A stretch of 64,000 nucleotides of DNA from Camelus ferus (lineage: Eukaryota). A program made the position numbers and the translations under genes. Each line of letters begins with the position of its first letter. Position 1 is the stretch's first letter. This document shows positions 1 through 12,095 of the stretch, piece by piece. The notes beneath the pieces were generated by a model, which was given only the letters and a program-made list of their open reading frames with translations, ran no database searches and was not told the origin of the DNA. Where the stretch lies: NCBI RefSeq assembly GCF_009834535.1, contig NC_045707.1:52330001-52394000 (forward strand). Reading direction: 5' to 3'.

Positions 1-9
1 TTTATATTT

Positions 10-195
10 TATTTAATTCACATAAAGTACCAGTGAAATCGATACTATTATTATTCTCATTTTATAAATAAGGAGACTGAAACACAGAAAATTTAAGTAA
101 CTAGCCCAAGATCACACAAGTTAAATAATGAAGTCAGGATTTGAACCCGAGAAGTCTAGGGTAAGAATCTGTGCCTTCAACCAGCATACTATGCT
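10..195 (-). mobile_element. MIR SINE remnant
   Basis: Reverse-complement MIR core: attctcattttataaataaggagactgaaacacag...aagtaactagcccaagatcacacaag...ggatttgaacc. Confidence 0.85.
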
Positions 196-565
196 ATACC
201 CAGGAAATTAATCTTGCCAAGTGAATTTTTCAAATATTTCTCCAACCTAACTACCAAAGTGCTATCTACTCCGTATTTTACAACTACTAAAAGCCTCCTA
301 ACTCACGCTTTCTTTCCTTTGTAGGGAAATAGGAAGTGATTAATTGACAATTAGCATTTAAGAAGAATTTTGTTGTTGTATAAGCAGGAGAGATACATTA
401 TCAAGGTAACCTGAGATCAGATTCTCTGACCATCTGTGCAGTGAATGCATGCATTTATTTCAGATATCATCATTGAATTCTTTTTTTACTTTGAGGTCAT
501 TAAGTTCAAAGAGATAAATAAACTTTCAAATATCTTAGATGAAGGAAAAAAAATACAATTCTTAA

Positions 566-1143
566 CAGTATGGTGGTTCCTCAGAAGTATTAAAGATAGA
601 GTTACCATTTGATCCAGCAATTCCACTTCTCATACATATCCAAAAAGAATTGAAAACAGGAACCCAAACTGATATCTGTACACCAATGTTGATAGCACCG
701 TTATTCACAATAACCAAAAGATGGAAGCAATGCAAATGCCCATTGATGGATAAATGGATAAACAAAATATACAGACTTCAAAAGAAAGGAAATTCTGACA
801 CATGATACAACATGGATGAAACTTGAAGACAATATACTAAGTGAAATAAACCAGACACAAAGACAAATACTGTATGATTCCACTTATATGAAGTACATGG
901 ACTAGTCACCTTCATAGAGACAGAAAGTAGAATGGTAGTTGTCAGGGACTAGGGGGAGAAAGATATTGAGAATTACTGTTTGATGGGTACAGAGTTTCAG
1001 TTTGGGAAGATGAACAAATTTTGGAGAGGAATGATGGTAATGGTTTTACAACAATGGGAAGGTGTTTAATGTCACTGAACCATTTAACTAAAAAATGATT
1101 AAAACAGTAAATTTTATGTTGTATACTTTACCACAATAAAAAC
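566..1143 (+). mobile_element. 5'-truncated old L1 (L1MA/L1MB-like): ORF2 end plus 3' UTR
   Basis: Diagnostic L1 motifs gatccagcaattccactt, ttattcacaataaccaaaagatggaagcaa, atggatgaaacttgaagac, tactgtatgattccacttatatga. Ends accacaataaaaa. Degraded TSD at 552-565 and 1144-1157. Confidence 0.92.
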
Positions 1144-2108
1144 AATGCAGTTCTTAAGGAAATACAAGAATAGTTGAATAACACTTTCAAAAAGGGTGGA
1201 AACAAAGGAGCTTCAAAAATGTGAAGAGCAGTTGACTTTCAGTGCAGTCCTTTCCCCATCAATATAATCTAGATCCCATCATGTCTTACTTCAAATATTC
1301 AAATGTTCACCTGGGGGCAGAGAGTCTTTGAGAAGGTGAGGTCATTTAGCATGAAGGAGGTAGTGCTCTTTGCAAGGCAGTTCCTCTGAGAAATGAGGGG
1401 GTAAGCAAAAATTAATGGACATCTCTAATACAGCTGACAACCAGCTGCCCCCCAAAAAACCCACAAACAAACAAAACAAACTAAATTGCTGTTTATAATT
1501 GATTTAATACTGAGAAATTGCCTTTGTCCTAAGTAGCACTGACTAAAATGTACTAACAGTTACATTTTGTGATTGTAGTTAATTGAGATTTTTTGACTAC
1601 TCGCAAGAAATGTCAGTAGATCTTAGGGAGCAGAACTAAACATAAGAAAAAAAATTAAGAGTAAATCTTGTTTAAATACTTTTTTGGAAAAATATAGAAA
1701 TAAATCCTATATCTCAATATTAAAATAAAGACAGATGTACAGATCAGATAACCTATTCAAGGATATTTTAAGTCACTTAGTGATATAAAAAAATTTATGC
1801 ATGTTCTTTCCAAACAAATACAGTATAAGGACTTTGTGCTCTTTTTTACAGTTTTTTTTTAAGTACTCTTACTAAGAGCTTGTGATTATCTGCTAAAAGT
1901 TCACAACCATTAAATAAATGCTGTGGAGTGAATAAAAACAGCATGGTGTGAAAATGAAAAAACATGCATACATATAGTTATATATATATGATAAAATATA
2001 TACAAAAGCCTAGTGTGGTGTGTGTTTGTGGGGAGGGGAGTAGTAGTTAAGTGGGGGACCGTAATGTTTTCTCAACTTGTTGTGAAGGTAAAACAAACTG
2101 AAAAAATG

Positions 2109-2240
2109 CACACACATACAAAACACACACACACAACCTACTTTTTGTTTTCAGTGTGTGTGTGTGTGTGTGTATAGTGAGTGTGTATATCTATTTATAT
2201 GTGTGCATGTGTGGGTGTATATAAATATATGTGTGCATAT
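2109..2240. repeat. (CA)n, (TG)n and (TA)n-rich simple repeat cluster
   Basis: Directly visible. Confidence 0.85.
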
Positions 2241-3349
2241 ATAATGGATGTATAGTTACAAGTATTTATACATAAAATTGTATACTTACAATGTAAAGTA
2301 CTTATTATTCAAGGCTAACGTATGTAGCCATTTTTCTAAGCATCTTCTCCAAAGATAACCCTTAATGCTTCAGAGCCAACCTCATCAGAATAACATAGGA
2401 ATGTCACAATGAATATCAATATATTCTAATTCCCCTAAAGATCATATATATTTAACTGTGACAATGTTACTTATATTTTGGTGAGAAAAATTACTCCAGA
2501 GATAGTCAGCAATTTCATTGACTGTTTTCAGTAAATATGTTTGTGTCATTCTGTGAATTTTGCAAGTAAAAACCCAGCTCTAAGGCCTGAACAGTCTCTC
2601 TTCCAACACAAAGAAAAGTTCAAATTTTATCCTTACAAATATGTTACCTCTGCTCTGCCTGCAGTCAGTTGTTTGCCAGCCAAGGCTTGTATATCGGCTT
2701 GTAAAATCTTTTGATATCTTCATATATTTCAATTCAGTTTTATAATTTATTTACATCTCTTCCTTGAGTTATTACATTCTAATGCGTATACAAAATATTT
2801 GAGAAGATAGCTCAAAACTAAGAAGGTAATAAATATAAAATGTAAAATTTTAATTAAAATACAGAATAATATTTACTAGGTACTCTCAAAATACAAAGAT
2901 CTAGACCCGTATTTCTGATTTGTGGTTTTACCAGCCAATTTATGGGTTAGTTTATAACCTCAAGTTACTTTAAAAAAAATTTACCTATATATAGCAAGGT
3001 AAAATCCAATGTTTTAACAAAAAATGTTATATAAAATAAAATCTTTTAAACCAATAGCAGAGTTTTCACAAGCAACATAACCATCTGGGAATAAAGTTAA
3101 GAACTATCCTATATGGTAATTAATGGGTCAAAGTTTTGAAATACAATAATAAATAAAGCATTTTAGCCAATGTTTTATATATATATTAAAATGGCTTATC
3201 TTTCCTCTAATTCTGACATCAGGTAGAAGTTACTTCCTTAAAGAGTTATAAAATGCAAATTATATAGAAAATTAGGAAATTAAATATAAATAGCTATGTC
3301 ATGCCAAAGACATTAATCTTACATGCATATTTTGTGTAGTGTACTGAAA

Positions 3350-4245
3350 TGACTGGACATTTGTTTAGTCTACAAAACCGTATTGAATGTTTAACCTAGT
3401 AAGTGAAGCAGGCAGATGGTCTTTTTTCAAGGACCTTATATTCTAGTAAAAGATACAAACAGTTAAAAAGCCACACAAATAAATATATTTATTGCAATGA
3501 TAAATGCAACAAAAGAAAGGTACCTAGACTAACAGAACATATAATAGGGATCAAGGAAGACTTCTTTGAACAGCAGATGGCTGACTGGATGAGTAGATAC
3601 ATCTAGATAAAGAGGAAGATGGAGTAGGTAGCAGAGTATTTAGACAGAATACAAAGACCTAAGGCCAAAAGATGTAACATGATTATGAGTGAGTAACAGA
3701 AGGTTCAAATGACTTTGTGTGTGATAACAAGGAGTAATACGAAAAGAAGAATGGGTAAAGTCAGAAGAAACCGTTACAAGCAGGCCCTGTAGCAAAACAT
3801 ATTACGACAAGAAATGGGACTAAAATGTATCATTTGAGATGGAGAAGAAAGAGAACGAGAGTGAGGTCAAGAAGGCTGGTAGCAGATGAGGTTAGAGAGA
3901 TTGGGGCCAGATCAGACAGGACATTGTAAATCATCCTAGAGAGAGTCCCCCTGCTTTTTTTTAAATTTAAGTATAGTCAGTGTACAATATTTTGTCAGTT
4001 TCTGTTGTATAGCATAATAGTTCAGTCATACATATACATATAGTCATTTTCATATTCTTTTTCATTAAAAGTTACTACAAGATATTGAATATAGTTCCTT
4101 GTGCTGTACGGTATAAATTTGTTGTTTATCTATTTTATATAAAGTAGTTAGTATCTGCAGATCTCTTCTTAAGCAAGAATCCCTGAAGGATTTTAAACAA
4201 GGCTTGGAGACAGTAGGAGTGGGAGGTTAAGGATCTGATACACTG
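3350..4245 (-). mobile_element. L2 LINE remnant interrupted by a younger L1 fragment
   Basis: Reverse L2 motifs gatgaggttagagagattggggccagatcagacaggacattgtaaatcat, resuming after 4165 with ccctgaaggattttaaacaagg. Confidence 0.7.
3955..4165 (-). mobile_element. Camelid/cetartiodactyl-type L1 3' end (~210 bp)
   Basis: T-run then aagtatagtcagtgtacaat...gttactacaagatattgaatatagttcc; near-identical relative at 60183-60392. Confidence 0.88.
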
Positions 4246-5114
4246 ACATTACAGGTCCCATTCCCTGTGATTTTTATTCCTCTCCAGAGCGGATCCAACA
4301 CTAAAGCACAACACACTTCTGGTATGCCTCTCAATTCATCATGAACTAGGTTACATCTAATCAATCCAAAATGATTCAGAGATGCTTAAGTGTCTTGCTA
4401 TGCTTCTTGGTCTTGATAGTGTGTACTGAAAATCAATACAGTGCTATAGATATAAGCTGGAAAATATTGCTCTAAACCAGTCACAACATTGCTATATATC
4501 TTAAAAGTTGCTTTTCTCAGGAAGTTGCTTCTAATAGCTTGCTGATTTTTGTTTTGTTTTGTTTTGTTTTCCTATTAATACAAGTACAAAACAAACATTG
4601 TCAAACATTTCAGCCTTCTAGGTAAATTTATGCTTATCTTAACTGACCAATATGACAATTCACCTGCTATATTTTATTTAATGTTTCAAATTCTCCCTTG
4701 AATGAGAGTTCTTTGAGACCAAAGTGAGTCATGTTCATATTTGTGTCATAGTGATTAACACAGTGTCAGACCATCAATATTTTTTGATTGGAAAAATGAA
4801 TGGAAAGAAAATGCATACAATTTCTTGTATATATATTCTCCTGCAATATTTCACTAATTCTTAAAATGTCACATCAATTCAATAAATATTTAATGAGTGT
4901 GTATTCCACACAAGAATGTGTTAGGCAAATATTTATAAGTTCCTCACAATTGTTTTCAGATGTGTCTTCTACAGATAATTTTGTTGAGAATTATCATAGT
5001 TTTATCACATACCTCATTAACCCTCCTAGTTCTATTGAATATTTATAAGTACTTATAAATTTAATGAATAAGCTTTCCTCTTTAATTAAAACAAAACAAA
5101 ACAAAACCTATATA

Positions 5115-5186
5115 CAGTTGGCCCGTGAACAACATGGTTTGAACTGAATAGATCCATTTACACGTGAATTTACTTCAGTAGTACAT
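5115..5186 (+). mobile_element. Tigger2/MER28-like (TcMar) terminal fragment
   Basis: TA|cagttggcccgtgaacaacatggtttgaactg matches the recalled Tigger2 terminus CAGTTGACCCTTGAACAACACGGGTTTGAACTG and follows a TA target. Confidence 0.75.
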
Positions 5187-5194
5187 TCACTGGT

Positions 5195-7349
5195 ACATTT
5201 AGATGACTGACATTAAAAGTGATTATTGATATAATTGGATTAATATCTATCATATTTGTTGATGTTTTGCATGTGTTTCCCTTGTTCTTTGTTTCTATTT
5301 TTGTCTCCTTGTCTTTTTCTGCCTTTTCTGATTAACTGAGCATTTTATGATTCAACTTTATCTCCTTTCTTAGCATATTAGTTTTTTTTTTATTGGTTTT
5401 AGTCATTGCCCTTAAGTTCACAATATACATTTACAGTTAATTCAGGTCTACTTTCAAATGGATTGTGCCACTTCATAGATAGTATATATGCTTTATAATC
5501 ACAAAATAATCCTAAAATCTCCCTTCCATCCTTTGTGTCAATGCTGTCATTCACTTCACTTATACATAAACACACATATTTTATCCATGCATCTACCTAT
5601 AATGTATTTATACACACACATATATATGACCATACATAATCAGATCCACTATTATTTTGAACAAACTGTTATCTGTAAGATCAATTAAGAATAAGGCAAA
5701 AGGAAGTTTTTATTTTACCTTTACTATTTCTTCTACAATGGTTTCCTTTCTTTAAGTAGATCTGAATTTCTGACCTATATGATTTTCCTTCTTTCTGAAG
5801 AATTCCTTTTAACATGTCTTGCAAGGAAGGTCTACTGGCAACAAATTCCTCAATTTTTGTTTGTCTGAGCATGTCTTTATTTCTCCTCCATTTTTGAAGG
5901 ATGATTGCCAGGGTACAGAATTCTTGTTTGTTTGTTTGTCTGTCTCAGCATTTTAACCATTTTACTCTACTCTCTTGTTGCCTCCATGGTCTGAGGAGAA
6001 GTCAGATGTTATTCTTATCTTTGTTCCTCTACATGTAAGGCTCTCCACAACCAGCTTCTTACAGGAAATTTTTTTTCCTGTAGTTTGAAAATGATGCCCA
6101 AGTGTTGGTTTTTTAAGTCATTCATCTTGCTTGGTGCTAGGCTTCCTTATGATTTATGGTTTGGTATGTGACATTAAGTTGAGGAAATTCTCAGCTATTA
6201 TTGCTTCAGATATTTCTTCTGCTGCTTTTTCATTTTCTTCTCCTCTGGAATTCCCACTATGCATGTGTTACATTATGTGTATGCTTATGTAGTTCTCCCA
6301 CAGTTCTTAAATATTCTAATTTTTTCCCACATTCTTTTTGATTTTCCCTTTTGGAGGTTTCTTTTGAGATAGTTTCAAGTTCAGAGATTCTTTTCCTGTT
6401 ACATCCAGTCCACTAATAAGTCCATCAAAGACACTCTTCATTTCTGTTATAATGTTTTTAATGTTTTTTTTATTTCTGTTTGGTTCTTTCCTAGAAATTT
6501 CAGCTCTCTGCTAACATTACCACCTATTCTTGTATGCTGTTTACTTATCCATTAGATTCCTTAGGGTATTAATCATAGTTGTTTTAAATTCCTGGTCTGA
6601 TAATGACAACATCCCTGCTATATCTGAGTAGTTTTGATTCCTGCTCTGCTTCTTTAAACTTTTTTTTTTTTCCTTTTAGTATGCCTTGTAATTTTCTTGA
6701 CAGTGAGACATGATGTACTAGGTAAAAGGAACTGCTGTAAATAATCCTTTAGTAATGTGGCTGTACAGTATGGGGGCAAGGGAGCCATTCTATAATCTTA
6801 TGATGAAGTCTGAGTCATTTAGTGAGTCTGTCCCTTTTGACTGTGACCTTCACCTGCACTTCTCAATCCTGCCCCTACCCCTGTAAGTGGATTAGCATGG
6901 TTGGAGGAGGCCGGAGCTGGCTATTTCCCTTCCCCCAGATCAGTTAGGCTCTGATAAAAACCAATACAGATTAGACTCTGTGACTATTTTCTCCAGTAGA
7001 GACACCTTGTTAAGAACAAAATGCTCTAATTTGCTTCAGAATGATTGTTTTTCCTTTCCGTGGGCCTCTGGCAGTTCCTCAGTTACAGTCAGGTTCTCCT
7101 ACCCCAGCACTGGTTCCTGAATGTGTGTCAGTTTGCGGGTTTCTGCTCTGGTAAGTTGTGAGCCTCTGTATCTGCCTATCAGTCCTTCCAGTTTTGGAGG
7201 CAGCAGTTTTCCCTAAGACCTGACTTCTTTGATGGATCTAAGAAAAGTTGTTGATTTTTTTTTTTTTCAATTTGTTCAGCTTTTCACTTACTAGAATGAA
7301 ATGGCTAATTCCAAGGTTCTTACAGGTTAGACTGGAAACCAGAAGTCCC
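5195..7349 (-). mobile_element. Old L1 (L1MC/L1MD-like): 5' UTR plus decayed ORF1, ORF2 missing
   Basis: ORF 5681-5872(-) KIEEFVASRPSLQDMLKGILQ resembles the L1 ORF1p C-terminus. Minus strand from ~7349 reads gacttctggtttccagtc...aagctgaacaaattgaaaa, an L1MC/MD-type 5' terminus. Confidence 0.88.
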
Positions 7350-7359
7350 TTCAGCTATT

Positions 7360-8220
7360 TTTTTGAAATCCTGAATGCAATATTTTTGCCTTTGGTGTTG
7401 CCTATCAGTTCAATAGAGTATATCGCATTTAAAACTTAACACTTGTATTATTTATTAGTATAGGAGGAGGAGGGGGCAATTCCATTTCTTTACATAACTT
7501 TTAGTTTCCCTTCCCTTTTAAGTGCCTCATTTTATGTCTTTAGTTTTCTACTACTTTTCCCTAATTTGGACTAAAACTCTCTCAGAAAGTTATACTTCCC
7601 TTCAATTTTTAAAACAATCGAGTACCCTTTTTTTGTAGGTTTTTTTTTCTTTTAAAGTATCCTTCCTGAAGAATGCTGTCTTTCTTTTCTAATTTGTACA
7701 TGATTACTCTCTAGGCCTGCTACCTAGCTGTCATCCTAAGATTGTTTTCAACATCATAATCAACTGGAAAATTCTCGTGACCACTCTCAAGTGTTAGATA
7801 ACCTATTTTCTAAACTCATATTTTTCTTTCTTGCTTCACCGATTGCTCTGTTGGAGCACATCCTGCAACAGCTTCCCGAGAAAGAGTGTGGAAGGTGACA
7901 TTTCTATGAGTTTGCATGTCTGCTGATGTCCTGACATTGTTATAGTCAATGACTATTAATTTCTGTGTTGAAAGTAACTTGTAAGCATCCACTGTTCCAT
8001 TGTTTCTTTTCTCAGTTTGGTTGTTGAAAAGTCTGGTGCTGGTCTAATTCCTAAATTTTTTGATGCAACTAGTTTTTTCTTTACTTCAGACTTGAAAGAT
8101 CTCTTTATTCCCAGTGATTTTAAATTTCATGACAATGTGTTTTGATGTGGGTCTTTTTCATTCATTTTGTCAGGTTCCCCATAGGTCCTTTCAGTATAGA
8201 AATATATGTCCTTCTAGGAC
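7360..8220 (-). mobile_element. HAL1/L1ME-like remnant
   Basis: ggagcacatcctgcaacagcttcccgagaaagagtg...ttgcatgtctg and aaatttcatgacaatgtgttttgatgtgggtctttttcattcatt. Confidence 0.7.
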
Positions 8221-9877
8221 TTTCATTCCACTCACTGCATAAGGCAGAAAAAATGACTCTGTCTTCATTTTGGAAGAATCATTGTGGAGGGGTTTGGGAT
8301 CCCAAAGGGCTTTTTTTTTGCCAGCATGCCAACATTCCCATAACAGGCAGTTTTGATCTTTTATTAGTCGCAGCCAAAAACAAGTGTACCAGGAGCAGGT
8401 AACCTCTAGCAGAAAAAAAACAATTTCTTGTTATCTCCTGTGTTTTCACATTGTCCACTTAGTGATTTTTTTTTTCTGATTTAATGTAAAAAAGAACTAA
8501 TATGTTTTCAGGTCTACAGTTTCAAAGATAAACTGATAGAGATGATTGATAAATATGCCAGTTATATCACAGAAGCTTAAGTCACACCCACATGTCATTT
8601 ATCTTGACAAAGTTTAAGGTTCCTATAGCCTTGATAGTGATCCTTTACCTCTGGTGAGTTCATGGATTAAGTTGAATAATGAGCTCTTGGACAACAATCA
8701 ACCACGATTTGATCAAAGGACATTAATTCATGTTGCCTCTCAACAATGTCCTGAAACAATGGCTGTAATTTAACTACATTTTTTTTTAAAGACAGCTAGA
8801 AAGAACACCCCCACACCGGCATTTCCTGTTGTGGTCACCCTGGTTGTAGGAGTACACTGTTACTGAATCACTTTAGGTAAAGTGTAGTGGAAGATACATT
8901 CCCTAATAGTAGCTAATAGCAAAACAGTGAAAACGTACATGAATACAAAGGAGGTTATTTAACAAACCTTGAAAAAGTAACAAAGATAAAGAAAGTTATT
9001 TTGGTCCTACACTGCTGAAGACAAGGAAGCCCTGAAAAAAAGCTAAAACAATATCAGATGAGTAGTTGAAAAACACCTGCTATTTACAGATTATTATGAA
9101 TCAAAGATAAATTGATTTTAAAATATAGATATTGTAATAACTAAATGTAGGGAGAAAGAAACTGACTATATATATTACAGGTATACGTAATACTAAATGA
9201 GACACTGAAAATAATCCTTAGAATTCTTTAGAATCTATAAGTAGCTTCCTACTAAATGTCAAACAATTATTTAAGTTTTTTATTACATTTACTTAATTGT
9301 ATACACAGGAAGATAAATATATGTACTTCATTATAGAGACTATAATAAAGGATAGTATTCCCACTTGTATCTTTAGAAATGTGTTATAGTCCAGCTTAAT
9401 ATTATACTTTGTATTATATATTTTATTTTTATTATGGATGATGCTTAGTGATGAATCATGAAGAAGAGTTCTGCTGTATGCTTGAGCAAATATAATTAAA
9501 TGAATGCATATCTCAGACACAAAGCTTGGTTTGTGACTATAATCCTATGAAATCATAGAGGACTATAGAAAAGTCTGTTATTTCCGTCATCTGTCATTTC
9601 TGTTGGTTTTCACAGATTCTAGTCTCACACAGATACAGATACTGGGATTTTTTCCATTCCACACAACCACCATCCACTTAAGAACCATCCTATGTGTCAG
9701 TGGGCTTGTACGCATCCTGGACCTTTGAAAAAGAGAATTTTGGTATAGGGCACTCAGTGTGAGTCTCAGTATTGTCTTCTGGCAAGAGAGGGCATTGCTT
9801 GTGCCAGATCATGTGTGGAAGATACCTTGTCTTACCAGTGCACTGGTCTGTAAGTGTTGTCCTGGCAGTTCAAGACT

Positions 9878-9923
9878 CTTTAGGACTAGCGTCCAATGTT
9901 GCTTTAGGACTAGCGTCCAATGT
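9878..9923. repeat. Perfect 22-bp direct repeat, period 24
   Basis: ctttaggactagcgtccaatgt at 9878-9899 and 9902-9923. Confidence 0.95.
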
Positions 9924-10164
9924 CCAAGACTGAATGCTGAGTTGGCTCCTGTTCCCATCACTCCCCTACTTCTTGTCCTTTTATTTAATTCAGCCCCACT
10001 GACCATGCTCCATTGCACTTTCCTTCTCAGACTTATCAGACAGGTGATATTCCTCTCTTTACCTTGGTGATGCAGAGTAACCTGAATTTTTTTCTTACTC
10101 ATTCTCTAAAGTATTATTTGACGTATAAACTATGCCCTAGTTCATTCACAGACAGCCTCACTGG

Positions 10165-10345
10165 TGGAAGGGGCCAGGTAGCTGTCTGGGGTCTCTCTTA
10201 TTATAAGGGCACCAACCCCAATTGCAAGCCTCTACCCTCACAACCAAATCACCTCCCAAAGGCCCCATCTCCTAATACCATCTTATTGGCATTAGATTTC
10301 AACATATGATTTGGGTGGGGGGGTACAAATATTCAGTCTATAGCA
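10165..10345 (-). mobile_element. MLT1A-like MaLR LTR, 5' part
   Basis: Minus strand begins tgctatagactgaatatttgtacccccc...tcatatgttgaaatctaa; also aatcacctcccaaaggccccatctcctaatacc on the plus strand. Confidence 0.85.
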
Positions 10346-10476
10346 GGGCCCTCTATTTTGGCATTTCATAGTTAAGATTCAAATAAACAGTTCTGATTAA
10401 AAAGTAGTGGCTTAGAGTGTAAATTTAAGAGCCCTTTTGAAAGTCTTAACATTGACCTCTCTTGGGAACCTGTTGC

Positions 10477-10506
10477 AAAAACCAAACCAAACCAAACCAA
10501 ACCAAA
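10477..10506. repeat. (CCAAA)n microsatellite
   Basis: Directly visible. Confidence 0.9.
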
Positions 10507-12080
10507 TTAGATAATCAATTTAAATGTTAAGCATAGTGCCTAACACTTAGTAAATACTCAAACCAGTGATGATGATAATGATATTTTTCTTTCTTTTACT
10601 ATTATAATAATTTTAATTCTCCTTGTAATGTGGATTCCTCTGAATGATTTGAAGAGTCTACTACAAAGTTATGGCATGGTAGAAAACCATATAATGACTA
10701 GTAATCTGTTTCTCCTTATCTTTCATATGTAAACATCCATATATGTGAAGCAGTATTTTGAGCACAATGTGTTTTACATGAATAACCCCTTTCTCTTGTC
10801 AAATAAAAGGTGGTTGTGTTCAGATGTCCCTCATCAAGATCCTAAATTCATTTCTAAGTTTTTATGAGATTAATATTGTTCCATGATTGTCAAGACAGAG
10901 GTAGTAGGCCTCGATTTGATTTAATTTGAGTAACATGAGACAAAAGGCAAGGAAATTGAGGTGAAAGGAAAAAAGTCAGGAATGAAGTTGTAAAATTGTA
11001 TGACAAGGCAACATATATTTATAAGAAAGCAAATGAAGAATCCTTAATTAAGAAGTAGTGTGAAAACACAGAAATTGTAGTTATTCAGAGAACATGGTGG
11101 AAAAAAATTCGTTTTGCCTACTGATTTTTAGGTCTTTTACAGAGATTAATCATGATGCTCAAAAGAGATCTAGAAAATAAGTTAGAGCATATATTCATTT
11201 GAGCTATCTTCCAATAATAAGTTAATGATTTCTGTTTGCATTTAAAAACAGTGTTCTGAATCACTAAAATAGCATGGGCTTCTTACCTTCACATCTGAGA
11301 ATTCATATTTCTTTAACATACAAGAGAAGAGACCTTCTTTTATGTGTATTTAATCATTTTCTCCTTCTCTAGAGTAAAATTTACTGACACATAAACATAG
11401 TTAAACGTCTTGGGGATATTTATTCTCAGAAGAGAAGGTGATATGGCCTAATAATTCTTAAGTATTTTCAAAATTGTATCTACACAGGAAACAGAAATAA
11501 AGATAATGTACTAAAGCTGCCACACAATAGATTTAAGGTAGACATAAAGAAAAGAATGACAGTGAAGATGACTAAGTACAAAACAGGAATACAAGCAAGG
11601 TCAATAAATAGATATTCTTACCAGATTTGGTCATGCCTAGAATTTAGTAGATGGAAAAAGTAATTCTCAGGTATCTCTTACTGTACCACTGAGTTATCAT
11701 AGGTTCACAAAGTATATTTTGAACATTGCCTACATTTTTAAAAAGCAATATAGAAGTCTTTATGAAACAAAATAAAACCACTTATTATAAATAGATTAGC
11801 CTCTGGAATAAGTTTGGAATGAAGCCTTTAGGCACTGTATTAGCAAAAAGTAATGTCTTGAAGTGACACATTTTTAAGATGATTTAAATAATTCCTGCTT
11901 TTCAGTAGGTTTTAACAAATACCCTTAACCAGTTATCTTTTTAGACTGAAAAGTTACCTGATAGAAGCATTCACACACATTAGTTCTTTATATACTTTAC
12001 GTATTATATTTCTTTAAATAATAATAACAAACAACAGAATGAACTAGTGTATTAAGAGTGTTAATGGCCACATAAACAGA

Positions 12081-12095
12081 GCTGCCATCTTGTGG
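12081..12095 (-). promoter_or_regulatory. Candidate CTCF site overlapping a YY1-like core
   Basis: Minus strand CCACAAGATGGCAGC versus consensus CCASYAGRKGGCRS, in non-repetitive DNA. Confidence 0.5.

Noticed and set aside
2109..2173. (CA)n followed by (TG)n as a hairpin or miRNA
   Set aside because: Low-complexity complementarity only.
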